DNA of 27,866 nucleotides. Source: a virus. Where the stretch lies: UHGV virus genome UHGV-0161508. One strand, 5' to 3'. How positions within the stretch are numbered: the stretch's first letter is position 1; every line of letters begins with the position of its first letter. Under the pieces are notes generated by a model. It ran no database searches, was not told the origin of the DNA, and worked only from the letters and a program-made list of their open reading frames with translations. This document shows positions 12,409-19,059 of this stretch, piece after piece. The translations under genes were made by a program, and so were the position numbers.

Positions 12409-12433
12409 TAAAAAAGCCCCGCGAATGCGAGGC
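12409..12433 (-). terminator. Intrinsic terminator downstream of lysis cassette
   Basis: Minus-strand RNA GCCUCGC-AUUC-GCGGGGC (one G.U pair) followed by UUUUUUA. Confidence 0.55.
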
Positions 12434-12608
12434 TAAATCCTGGTATTTGTAATGAACTGGCTCTTATCTCAACGCAGCCCCTTACCGCGCGCCATATGCT
12501 CAACTTCAAGCATCAGCAATGAGATGTTTAATCTGGATTCACTCCAGAAGTGATCACCACCCTGTCTACAGAGCCAGATGTGAAGGATGATGAGTAAAAT
12601 TATCGCTA

Positions 12609-13046
12609 TCATCGAAGGCATTGCGTCCTGATGTATTCCTGCAGGTAGTTAACCTGCGCGGTTATCCTGTCGATTCCACTTCTGAGACGGTAATAATTGA
12701 GTTCAGCATCTGCTGTAAGTCTTGGGCTTTCTCCATCGCCCATGCTGCTGGCTCCGGTCGTTGACTTTGCACAGGTGGCGGCGACTTGCAGGCGCTTACG
12801 CCCAGCAGAAACATCAGCACGGAGGCTTTCGATAGTCGCGTTAGCATCAGCAAGCTCCTTTGTGTATCTGGCGTCAAGTTCTGCTACATCACGTTGACGC
12901 TTCTGCATGTCAGCGATTGTGGATGTGGCCTTATCGCGCTGCTCTTTGTAGGTCATGGCGTTATCACGGTAATGATTAACAGCCCATGACAGGCTGACGA
13001 TGATGCAGATAACCAGAGCGGAGATAATCGCGGTGACTCTGCTCAT
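12609..13046 (-). CDS. Rz: Spanin inner-membrane subunit Rz (i-spanin)
   Basis: 145 aa; the first roughly 30 residues [29 protein letters not shown] match lambda Rz, the rest is divergent coiled coil; overlaps R stop. Confidence 0.8.
   Translation of the reverse strand: MSRVTAIISALVICIIVSLSWAVNHYRDNAMTYKEQRDKATSTIADMQKRQRDVAELDARYTKELADANATIESLRADVSAGRKRLQVAATCAKSTTGASSMGDGESPRLTADAELNYYRLRSGIDRITAQVNYLQEYIRTQCLR
12662..12847 (-). CDS. Rz1: Spanin outer-membrane lipoprotein Rz1 (o-spanin), embedded in Rz in the +1 frame
   Basis: Embedded ORF; from internal Met [25 protein letters not shown]... with lipobox LGVSAC and Pro-rich mature part. Confidence 0.6.
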   Translation of the reverse strand: MLTRLSKASVLMFLLGVSACKSPPPVQSQRPEPAAWAMEKAQDLQQMLNSIITVSEVESTG

Positions 13047-13519
13047 ACCTCAATCTCTCTGACCGTTCCGCCAGCTTCTTTGAATTTTGCAATCAGGCTG
13101 TCAACCTTATGCTCGAACTGACCATAACCAGCGCCAGGCAGTGAAGCCCAGATATTGCTGCAACGGTCGATAGCCTGACGAATATCACCGCGATCAATCA
13201 TCGGTAAAGCGCCACGCTCTTTAATCTGTTGCAATGCCACAGCGTCCTGGCTTTTCGGAGAGAAATCTTTCAGGCCAAGCTGCTTACGATAGGCATCCCA
13301 CCAACGGGAAAGAAGCTGGTAACGGCCTGCAGCTGTTGATTTGAGTTTGGGGTTTAGCGTGACAAGTTTGCGAGGGTGATCTGAGTAATCAGTGAATAGC
13401 TCTCCGCCTACAATGACGTCATAACCATGATTTCTGGTTTTCTGACGTCCGTTATCAGTCCCCTCTGACCACGCCAGCATATCGAGGAACGCCTTACGTT
13501 GATTATTGATCTCCACCAT
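13043..13519 (-). CDS. R: Endolysin R (lytic transglycosylase), lambda-type
   Basis: 158-aa [54 protein letters not shown]... is near-identical to recalled lambda R. Confidence 0.95.
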   Translation of the reverse strand: MVEINNQRKAFLDMLAWSEGTDNGRQKTRNHGYDVIVGGELFTDYSDHPRKLVTLNPKLKSTAAGRYQLLSRWWDAYRKQLGLKDFSPKSQDAVALQQIKERGALPMIDRGDIRQAIDRCSNIWASLPGAGYGQFEHKVDSLIAKFKEAGGTVREIEV

Positions 13520-13826
13520 CTTCTACTCCGGCTTTTTTAGCAGCGAAGCGTTTGATAAGCGAACCAATCGAGTCAGTACCGATGTAGCCGATGAACACGC
13601 TCGTTATATAAGCGAGGTTGCTACTTAGTCCGGCGAAGTCGAGAAGGTCACGAATGAACCAGGCGATAATGGCGCACATCGTTGCGTCGATTACTGTTTT
13701 TGTAAACGCACCGCCATTATATCTGCCGCGAAGGTACGCCATTGCAAACGCAAGGATTGCCCCGATGCCTTGTTCCTTTGCCGCGAGAATGGCGGCTAAC
13801 AGGTCATGTTTTTCTGGCATCTTCAT
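13503..13826 (-). CDS. S: Holin/antiholin S (S107/S105 dual start), lambda-type
   Basis: 107-aa [65 protein letters not shown]... is near-identical to lambda S; Met1-Lys-Met3 dual-start motif present. Confidence 0.95.
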   Translation of the reverse strand: MKMPEKHDLLAAILAAKEQGIGAILAFAMAYLRGRYNGGAFTKTVIDATMCAIIAWFIRDLLDFAGLSSNLAYITSVFIGYIGTDSIGSLIKRFAAKKAGVEDGGDQ

Positions 13827-13951
13827 GTCTTACCCCCAATAAGGGGATTTGCTCTATTTAATTAGGAATAAGGTCGATTACTGATAGAACAAATCCAGGC
13901 TACTGTGTTTAGTAATCAGATTTGTTCGTGACCGATATGCACGGGCAAAAC

Positions 13952-13981
13952 GGCATGAGGTTGTTAGCGCAACCTCATGCC
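13952..13981 (-). terminator. Conserved 12-bp hairpin upstream of S (lambda-like late-leader structure; weak terminator at best)
   Basis: Perfect stem GGCATGAGGTTG / CAACCTCATGCC with 6-nt loop, then GUUUUGCCCG on the minus-strand RNA; a similar hairpin sits just upstream of lambda S. Confidence 0.5.
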
Positions 13982-14117
13982 ACCCGCTTTCACGAAGCCA
14001 GCCATTGCGCTGGTTTTCTTTTATGCAAAGCACACCGCACCGTAGCCACAGCGGATAAGGTGATTATTTTTGTCTGTCTGGTATTTGGTTTGATGTGCTT
14101 TCAGAAAGGTCGTGCTT

Positions 14118-14152
14118 AAAACGCAAAAAGCCCCGAGCTATTAACTCAGGGC
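14118..14152 (-). terminator. tR'-like intrinsic terminator about 55 nt downstream of the pR' start
   Basis: Minus-strand RNA GCCCUGAG-UUAAUAG-CUCGGGGC (one G.U) followed by UUUUUGCGUUUU. Confidence 0.6.
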
Positions 14153-14188
14153 TTTATTTAACGAGTGCATTTATCCATCGTTGTGTCA

Positions 14189-14217
14189 AATTTACCCAAC
14201 TTTATTCAAAAAGTCAA
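14189..14217 (-). promoter_or_regulatory. Late promoter pR' (Q-dependent antitermination site region)
   Basis: Minus strand TTGACT - 17 bp - TAAATT, near-identical to recalled lambda pR' (TTGACTTATTGAATAAAATTGGGTAAATT), directly downstream of Q. Confidence 0.7.
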
Positions 14218-14259
14218 TATCATGCCGTTAATATGTTGCCATCCGTGGCAATCATGCTG

Positions 14260-14883
14260 CTAACGTGTGACCGCATTCAAGATATTGTCTGCGATTGACT
14301 CTTCCTTGTGGCATTGCACCACCAGAGCGTCATACAGCGGCTTAACAGTGCGTGACCAGGTGGGTTGAGTAAGGTTTGGGATTAGCATCGTTACAGCGCG
14401 ATATGCGGCGCTTGCTGGCATTCTTGAATAGCCGACACCTTTGCATCTTCCGCACTCTTTCTCAACAACTCTCCCCCACTGCTCTGTTTTGGCTATATCA
14501 ACCGCACGGCCTGTACCGTGGCAATCTCTGCATCTTGCGCCCGGCGTCGCGGCACTACGGCAATAATCCGCATAAGCGAATGTTGCGAGCACTTGCAGTA
14601 CCTTTGCCTTAGTATTTCCTTCAAGCTTTGCAACGCCACGGTATTTCCCCGATACCTTGTGTGCAAATTGCATCAGATAGTTGATAGCCTTTTGTTTGTC
14701 GTTCTGGCTGAGTTCGTGCTTACCACAGAATGCAGCCATTCCGAATCCGGCTTGTGATTGCGCCATCCCCATAGCAGCCATCACATCAGTACCGGAAAGA
14801 GAGTCAGAAGCCGTAGCCCGTGGTGAGTCGCTCATCATCGGGCTTTTTGGCGAATGAAATTTAGCTACGCTTTCGAGTCTCAT
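14260..14883 (-). CDS. Q: Late antiterminator Q, lambda-type
   Basis: 207-aa ORF MRLESVAKFHSPKSPMMSDSPRATASDSLSGTDVMAAMGMAQSQAGFG... matches recalled lambda Q over its length, including Cys-rich zinc region CRDCHGTGR...CGRCKG. Confidence 0.95.
   Translation of the reverse strand: MRLESVAKFHSPKSPMMSDSPRATASDSLSGTDVMAAMGMAQSQAGFGMAAFCGKHELSQNDKQKAINYLMQFAHKVSGKYRGVAKLEGNTKAKVLQVLATFAYADYCRSAATPGARCRDCHGTGRAVDIAKTEQWGRVVEKECGRCKGVGYSRMPASAAYRAVTMLIPNLTQPTWSRTVKPLYDALVVQCHKEESIADNILNAVTR
14583..14615 (+). promoter_or_regulatory. paQ-like cII-dependent antisense promoter inside Q
   Basis: Plus strand TTGC-GAGCAC-TTGC then 13 nt then TAGTAT, the same architecture as pRE in this window; antisense to Q. 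Confidence 0.45.
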
Positions 14884-15068
14884 GGCCTTCCCCTTTTGCC
14901 CTGTTTGACCATCAGGACGCCGTTAACTATTACGTGACGCTCGCCTTTGCTGTCTCGGTTGTACTTGAGCACTGTTCCTCTTGCGCAGGAAAGCATCCTT
15001 GCCACTTCGGTCTGATTGCCTCGTGTCTGGATAAGAAGCTCTGGTATCGTTTGAATTGTGGCGTTCAT
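14880..15068 (-). CDS. ninH: NinH-like protein
   Basis: 62-aa ORF MNATIQTIPELLIQTRGNQTEVARMLSCARGTVLKYNRDSKGERHVIVNGVLMV resembles lambda NinH (..GNQTEVARRL.CSRGTVRKY...H.IVN.VLMV). Confidence 0.8.
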   Translation of the reverse strand: MNATIQTIPELLIQTRGNQTEVARMLSCARGTVLKYNRDSKGERHVIVNGVLMVKQGKRGRP

Positions 15069-15295
15069 ACGCTCTCCAGTTCGGTGATTTTTATTCCAAG
15101 CCGTCCGCCTGGTACTTTCACACCACGAATTACGCGAATGTCATCGAATTGCTCGTCGTCTTCCGCAAATCCGGCGTGGATAAGGGAGTCGAGTAAACCT
15201 TTCAGGATGTTGTCGAGGTCGCGGCGGCGGGAGTCTGGAAGCAGACCAGTACCGCTTTGCACGACCAATGTTCTCCTGAAAGTCGGCGCGGACAA
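15065..15295 (-). pseudogene. rusA: rusA (Holliday-junction resolvase) remnant lacking the N-terminal ~60%
   Basis: C-terminal 50 aa PDSRRRDLDNILKGLLDSLIHAGFAEDDEQFDDIRVIRGVKVPGGRLGIKITELESV align to the RusA C-terminus (DRRRRDLDN...GGRL.L.ITE). The reading frame opens only 2 codons upstream of a TTG, and no RusA-like N-terminus is present in any frame upstream. Confidence 0.55.
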
Positions 15296-15341
15296 GCTCA
15301 GTCATCGAACTCATTTCTTAAAGCCTCCAATTACTCTCCCC

Positions 15342-15374
15342 CAAATAAAAAGGCCTGCGATTACCAGCAGGCCT
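15342..15374 (-). terminator. tR2-like intrinsic terminator immediately downstream of the helicase gene
   Basis: Minus-strand RNA AGGCCUGC-UGGUAAUC-GCAGGCCU (perfect 8-bp stem) followed by UUUUAUUU. Confidence 0.65.
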
Positions 15375-15402
15375 GTTACAAGCTCAGTGATGTAGATGGT
15401 CA

Positions 15403-16839
15403 TCAGAATCCTCCTTTCTTCTTGGACTGCGGTTCCTCGCGTTCACGGCGGCGCATTTCAGCAGACTGTTGGTCTGTGTCATAAATAGCGCCATTTGCCT
15501 GAATGCAATACACCGTGCCGGTATTGCCATGACGATTGAGACGAAGGATTAGTTCGGTTTCACCAGGTGGAACACTGTCATCAAAAGCACCTTCACGATG
15601 GATCCCCACCCAATAATCGCAATCCTGTTCAATCTGCCCTGTATCTCGTGAGTCACTTGGTAATGGGCGTTTATTGGTTCGACTTTCCAGTGCGCGGTTA
15701 AGCTGCGTCAGAAGCACAACAACGCAATCAAGCTCTTTGGCAAGGCTCTTCAGTCCTTTGGTGATCATGCCGTAAGCAAGGTCGTTGCGATCGGCCTTCT
15801 CAGCGGTCATTAGTGTCAGGTAATCGACCAGAATCATGCCAACACATCCTTTTTCTCGCTTGATTCGACGGCTTTCGCTGACGATTTGAGCCAGAGATAA
15901 TCCCGGCGTGTCGTCGATGTAAAGCAGGTCGATTTCACTCAAGCGATTTGCTGTTTCGATCGCCCTATTGAAGTCACCATCGTAATCACCCTGATAGCCG
16001 TCATCAGCGTCATTTGTCGCCGGAAGGTAAAAAATATTCGGGTTAACACCTGACTTCTGTCCTACCAGTTTTTCCAGTATCTGATCACCTGGCATTTCAA
16101 GGCTGAACATCAGAGCAGGCTTTTTCTCATGCACTGCGCAGTTGATTGCCATCTGGCTGTATAGCGTCGTTTTCCCCATCTTAGGGCGAGCGCCAATGAC
16201 AAACAGAGAGCCTTTCACCAGACCTTTCGGTGACAGCATCCTGTCCAGCGATGGGATCCCTGTGCTCATTCCCCGTTGTTCGCCTGATGGATCAAATCGC
16301 TTCTCAAGGTCGCTAACCCAGTCTTCCATGACCTCACCAAATGAGCGAAGGCCGCGACGCGATCCGGTTTTTGCATGGTCTGTCAGTTGCGTGAAAATCG
16401 CCTGAATAGCTTCGTACTTCTGCGTTGCAGTCATTCCGTTGCGGGAATAGAGCAATTCCGTCGCTTCAGTCATGCGGTTGATGGCGTAGCGTTCCATTGC
16501 GGTTTCGCGAACCTGCATTGCATAAGCAACGATGTTTGCTGCGCTTGGCGTGTTCTTTGCGATCTCAGCGATATAAGCAAAACCGCCAACAGACACCGTT
16601 AACGATTTACGCTCCAGTTCATCGAAAAGCGTCAGGCCATCTACTGGCTTTTGCTCCCGGTGCATTCTGGTTATTTCTTCGAAAAGGATTTTGTGTGGTC
16701 GGCTGTAAAATGAATCAGGCTTCAGCATCGCCAGAACTTTCCGGACGCGCTCACTGCTGTCATCATCCAGAAGCAATCCACCAATCACCGCCTGCTCTGC
16801 CTCGATGCTATGGGGCGGCGCATAAAAATTATCGGTCAT
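15403..16839 (-). CDS. Replicative DNA helicase, DnaB family (P22 gene 12 analogue, lambda P position)
   Basis: DnaB-like N-terminus YAPPHSIEAEQAVIGGLLLD, Walker A GARPKMGKTT, and DnaB C-terminal motifs. Start placed at ATG 16839 (GAGGGTG 7 nt upstream); the track ORF begins 5 codons earlier at a GTG. Confidence 0.85.
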   Translation of the reverse strand: MTDNFYAPPHSIEAEQAVIGGLLLDDDSSERVRKVLAMLKPDSFYSRPHKILFEEITRMHREQKPVDGLTLFDELERKSLTVSVGGFAYIAEIAKNTPSAANIVAYAMQVRETAMERYAINRMTEATELLYSRNGMTATQKYEAIQAIFTQLTDHAKTGSRRGLRSFGEVMEDWVSDLEKRFDPSGEQRGMSTGIPSLDRMLSPKGLVKGSLFVIGARPKMGKTTLYSQMAINCAVHEKKPALMFSLEMPGDQILEKLVGQKSGVNPNIFYLPATNDADDGYQGDYDGDFNRAIETANRLSEIDLLYIDDTPGLSLAQIVSESRRIKREKGCVGMILVDYLTLMTAEKADRNDLAYGMITKGLKSLAKELDCVVVLLTQLNRALESRTNKRPLPSDSRDTGQIEQDCDYWVGIHREGAFDDSVPPGETELILRLNRHGNTGTVYCIQANGAIYDTDQQSAEMRRREREEPQSKKKGGF

Positions 16840-17719
16840 CGTGTTCACCCTCACGAACTTTCAGGTAGGTATTGTCGTTAAGCAGGAAATCAAATCCCTT
16901 TTTGTGCCAGACGGTTCCGCGTTGATGGTTTGGGCGCTCTTCGAACATCCATCGGCAATTTTCGCCTACGTAGCTCAAATAATTTCTCCAGTCCTGCATC
17001 GTGAACCCATGCCCGTCAAGCTGGCGGGTTATCACTCCGGCTTTGCGCCAGAACGTTCGGATCTGGTTTTTACGCTTGTCATTCAGTGCGCGGATTTTTG
17101 GCGCTTCAGGAAGGATTTCGTGGTAAGCATCGACAACATCCTGACAGCTAACGGAAGGTTTTTTCTTGTCAGACTTTTTGTCTGCTGTGGCACTCTCTAA
17201 TACGTCAGTATTAGAGATATTATTTATATTATTGTTTATGGACAACCGTTGGACAACCGTTGGACAATCTCCGCTGAGAGGCGCGCCATTACTGGTGTTT
17301 GCGTTGGACAACCGTTGGACAACCGTTGGACAATTTTTTGCCTGAAAATCGTCATATTTAACGATTGTAAACAGGCTAAATTTCTTCCCCATCGAGCAAA
17401 TATTAAGCATCCCTTTCGACTCAAAAGTCCGTAATAAGCTCCGAACTTTGTTGTCGGGGATGAATGTTTCTCTGACCAGCGACGGGCGTCCAGTTATCAT
17501 CTGACCGCGATCAACAGTTATCGGACCGATATCCGTATTGACGACAGTAGATTCGTGATTAGCCTTGAGGATTAAGTGAAGCCAAAGATGTACTGCCTGA
17601 GAGTCCTTATAGAGCCTGCTGTCCATAAACTGGCGGTGTATAGAGACATACCCCATACTGGATGCCTCCTGATGTTGTACAGGGTTATGCCTGTAATCAG
17701 CTAACTTAACGACGCCCAT
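16829..17719 (-). CDS. Replication initiator, lambda O / P22 gene 18 class, with ori iterons inside the coding sequence
   Basis: 296 aa; position upstream of the helicase; coding region contains iterons that encode the repeated CPTVVQRLS peptide; GGAG 7 nt upstream of the ATG. Confidence 0.8.
   Translation of the reverse strand: MGVVKLADYRHNPVQHQEASSMGYVSIHRQFMDSRLYKDSQAVHLWLHLILKANHESTVVNTDIGPITVDRGQMITGRPSLVRETFIPDNKVRSLLRTFESKGMLNICSMGKKFSLFTIVKYDDFQAKNCPTVVQRLSNANTSNGAPLSGDCPTVVQRLSINNNINNISNTDVLESATADKKSDKKKPSVSCQDVVDAYHEILPEAPKIRALNDKRKNQIRTFWRKAGVITRQLDGHGFTMQDWRNYLSYVGENCRWMFEERPNHQRGTVWHKKGFDFLLNDNTYLKVREGEHDDR
17239..17337. repeat. ori: Origin of replication iterons: two clusters of three 11-bp direct repeats (TGGACAACCGT x2 + TGGACAAT) with adjacent AT-rich tract
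   Basis: Direct repeats at 17239-17271 and 17305-17337 (period 11), flanked by AT-rich sequence at 17196-17238, embedded in the O-like gene as in lambda ori. Confidence 0.8.
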
Positions 17720-17867
17720 GTTTCACTCCTGCTTTGGCTAGTCTGTAAACACCAACAAGGCGCTCTGCGAACGCCCTGTTATTTGCTGCGGCTACCACTA
17801 ATCCCTCAGGTGAATCAGGGTGTCGAATCTCTTCTTTTTCCTGGTATTTCTTACGACGTTTTGTCAT
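17706..17867 (-). CDS. Hypothetical small basic protein (53 aa) between pO/oop and the initiator gene
   Basis: Manual translation MTKRRKKYQEKEEIRHPDSPEGLVVAAANNRAFAERLVGVYRLAKAGVKHGRR; GGAG 7 nt upstream of the ATG; stop overlaps the O-like start. Below the ORF-track length cutoff. Confidence 0.3.
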   Translation of the reverse strand: MTKRRKKYQEKEEIRHPDSPEGLVVAAANNRAFAERLVGVYRLAKAGVKHGRR

Positions 17868-17878
17868 AATGACTCCTG

Positions 17879-17962
17879 TGGATTGATCCAGTAATGACCT
17901 CAGAATTCCATCTGGATTTGTTCAGAACGCTCGGTCTTGCACACCGGGCGTTTTATTTTTTT
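17879..17962 (+). ncRNA. oop: OOP antisense RNA (lambda oop homologue) with its own terminator
   Basis: Plus strand GGATTGATCCAGTAATGACCTCAGAATTCCATCTGGATTTGTTCAGAACGCTCGG... closely matches recalled lambda OOP RNA; ends in hairpin ACGCTCGGT/ACCGGGCGT plus a U-tract; candidate pO -10 CATAAT at 17865-17870. Confidence 0.65.
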
Positions 17963-18381
17963 ATGTGCTTCCATTTTTCACCTCTGCAAATAGCAGCTAT
18001 ATAATTTGGCGTTACTCCATATTTTTTTGATAATGCCCTTGTGTTGAATAAGGGGTGTCTTGGTATATATTCACTAATGATGTTTCTTACATCATCTTCA
18101 GTTAATTTTGCCCTACCATTCCTGCTTCCAAATGCCTGCCTTTTTCTCTCCACCATGTCATTTGCGTTTTGCTGACTTGTCCCAGCACATAAATGAGAAG
18201 GTAAAATACAAGAAGGATTGTCACATGCGTGACGAATTACTAAGCCATCTATATCTTCAAGCTGGATCCCTTTTGCCACACAATAAGCAAATCTATGAGC
18301 AAATACTTTTTTCCCATTAATCCAAACCCTTCCATAACCCTTGCTGTCCTTTAAACCGCCAAATTCCAAACACGGAGTCAT
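17953..18381 (-). CDS. HNH endonuclease (free-standing, homing-endonuclease-like)
   Basis: 142 aa; HNH motif region HRFAYCVAKG...IRHACDNPSCILPSHLCAGTSQQNANDM; AAGGA RBS overlapping the cII stop; occupies the cII-oop junction. Confidence 0.8.
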   Translation of the reverse strand: MTPCLEFGGLKDSKGYGRVWINGKKVFAHRFAYCVAKGIQLEDIDGLVIRHACDNPSCILPSHLCAGTSQQNANDMVERKRQAFGSRNGRAKLTEDDVRNIISEYIPRHPLFNTRALSKKYGVTPNYIAAICRGEKWKHIKK

Positions 18382-18391
18382 AAGACCATCC

Positions 18392-18685
18392 TTAAAAATT
18401 CATGGTTAACTGATTCTCAGCGAAAATATCCGCCGGGCGTTTTTTATTGGTGAGAATCGAAGCAACTTGTCGTGCCAATCGAGCCATATCGTCGTCGACG
18501 ACGCCCCATTCAAGAACAGCAAGCAGCATTGAGAACTTTGGAATCCAATCCCTCTTCCACCTGCTGATCTGCGACTTATCAACTCCCACAGCTTCCGCTG
18601 TCTTCTCAGTTCCAAGCATTGCGATTTTGTTAAGCAACGCACTCTCGATTCTTAGAGCCTCGTTGCGTTTGTTTGCACGAACCAT
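18392..18685 (-). CDS. cII: Transcriptional activator CII (lambda cII / P22 c1 family); start at internal ATG
   Basis: From internal Met: MVRANKRNEALRIESALLNKIAMLGTEKTAEAVGVDKSQISRWKRDWIPKFSMLLAVLEWGVVDDDMARLARQV... matches lambda CII until ...TNKKRPA, then has a different C-terminus (DIFAENQLTMNF). The track ORF has a spurious 29-aa extension that runs over nutR. Confidence 0.9.
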   Translation of the reverse strand: MVRANKRNEALRIESALLNKIAMLGTEKTAEAVGVDKSQISRWKRDWIPKFSMLLAVLEWGVVDDDMARLARQVASILTNKKRPADIFAENQLTMNF

Positions 18686-18695
18686 ATGTAAGTAT
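18663..18695 (+). promoter_or_regulatory. pRE (cII-dependent promoter for repressor establishment)
   Basis: Plus strand TTGC-GTTTGT-TTGC then 13 nt then AAGTAT, overlapping the cII start, directed toward cro/c2 as in lambda. Confidence 0.7.
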
Positions 18696-18742
18696 TTCCT
18701 TAACAAATAAGAAGTTATGCGCATCAACTTATGCGCGTTGTA

Positions 18743-18787
18743 TTCCCGCATTTCGGCGGGAATGAGGACCATGACTGTTAAAGAGCA
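18743..18787 (-). promoter_or_regulatory. nutR: nutR (boxA + boxB)
   Basis: Minus strand boxA TGCTCTTTAACA just after the cro stop, then boxB hairpin TTCCCGCCGAAATGCGGGAA. Confidence 0.7.
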
Positions 18788-18793
18788 ATTTGC

Positions 18794-18979
18794 TTATGCC
18801 GCTTTGCGGTAAGCGCTTTCTTGATACTTCAGGGCGCCAGCTGTAACGACTTCCAGTCGATAGGCGTCTTTCTCTGGGATGACTTCCTTCCACTGAGAGA
18901 CTGCTGCGTCGCTAATGCCTAACGCTTTAGCTACAGCACGCTGGGTTCCGAAGTGGTCGATAACATCTTTCTTGTACAT
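18794..18979 (-). CDS. cro: Cro repressor, P22-type
   Basis: 61-aa ORF MYKKDVIDHFGTQRAVAKALGISDAAVSQWKEVIPEKDAYRLEVVTAGALKYQESAYRKAA matches recalled P22 Cro; HTH motif QRAVAKALGISDAAVSQW. Confidence 0.95.
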   Translation of the reverse strand: MYKKDVIDHFGTQRAVAKALGISDAAVSQWKEVIPEKDAYRLEVVTAGALKYQESAYRKAA

Positions 18980-18993
18980 AGACTCGCTCCGAA

Positions 18994-19059
18994 ATTAAAG
19001 AACACTTAAATTATCCACTAAAGGAATCTTAAGTCAAGTTTATTTAAGATGTCTTAACT
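18994..19059. promoter_or_regulatory. Right operator OR1-OR2-OR3 (three 18-bp P22-type c2/cro sites)
   Basis: ATTAAAGAACACTTAAAT (18994-19011), ACTAAAGGAATCTTAAGT (19017-19034), ATTTAAGATGTCTTAACT (19042-19059); inverted half-sites A-T-T-AAG with 4-bp centre; spacing 23 and 25 bp. Confidence 0.75.
19009..19037 (-). promoter_or_regulatory. pR promoter (drives cro-cII-replication operon)
   Basis: Minus strand TTGACT - 17 bp - ATAATT overlapping OR1/OR2; GGAG RBS 7 nt before the cro ATG. Confidence 0.7.

Noticed and set aside
12276-12509. 77-aa minus-strand ORF between Rz and rha
   Set aside because: It spans the intrinsic terminator at 12409-12433 and has no convincing RBS; likely non-coding.
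13922-14298. Plus-strand ORFs (65 and 67 aa) in the Q-S intergenic region
   Set aside because: They overlap pR' and both terminators and are antisense to the late transcript; the region is better explained as regulatory RNA and promoter sequence.
15311-15403. 30-aa hydrophobic mini-ORF (MTIYITELVTGLLVIAGLFIWGRVIGGFKK) overlapping the helicase stop
   Set aside because: The sequence is fully explained by the tR2-like terminator hairpin and U-tract; probably not a gene, although a small membrane peptide cannot be strictly excluded.
18392-18772. 126-aa ORF given by the track for the cII locus
   Set aside because: The N-terminal 29 residues overlap nutR boxA/boxB and have no RBS. The lambda-like CII sequence and its AGGAAATACTTAC-ATG context begin at the internal Met (18685), so the gene was trimmed.
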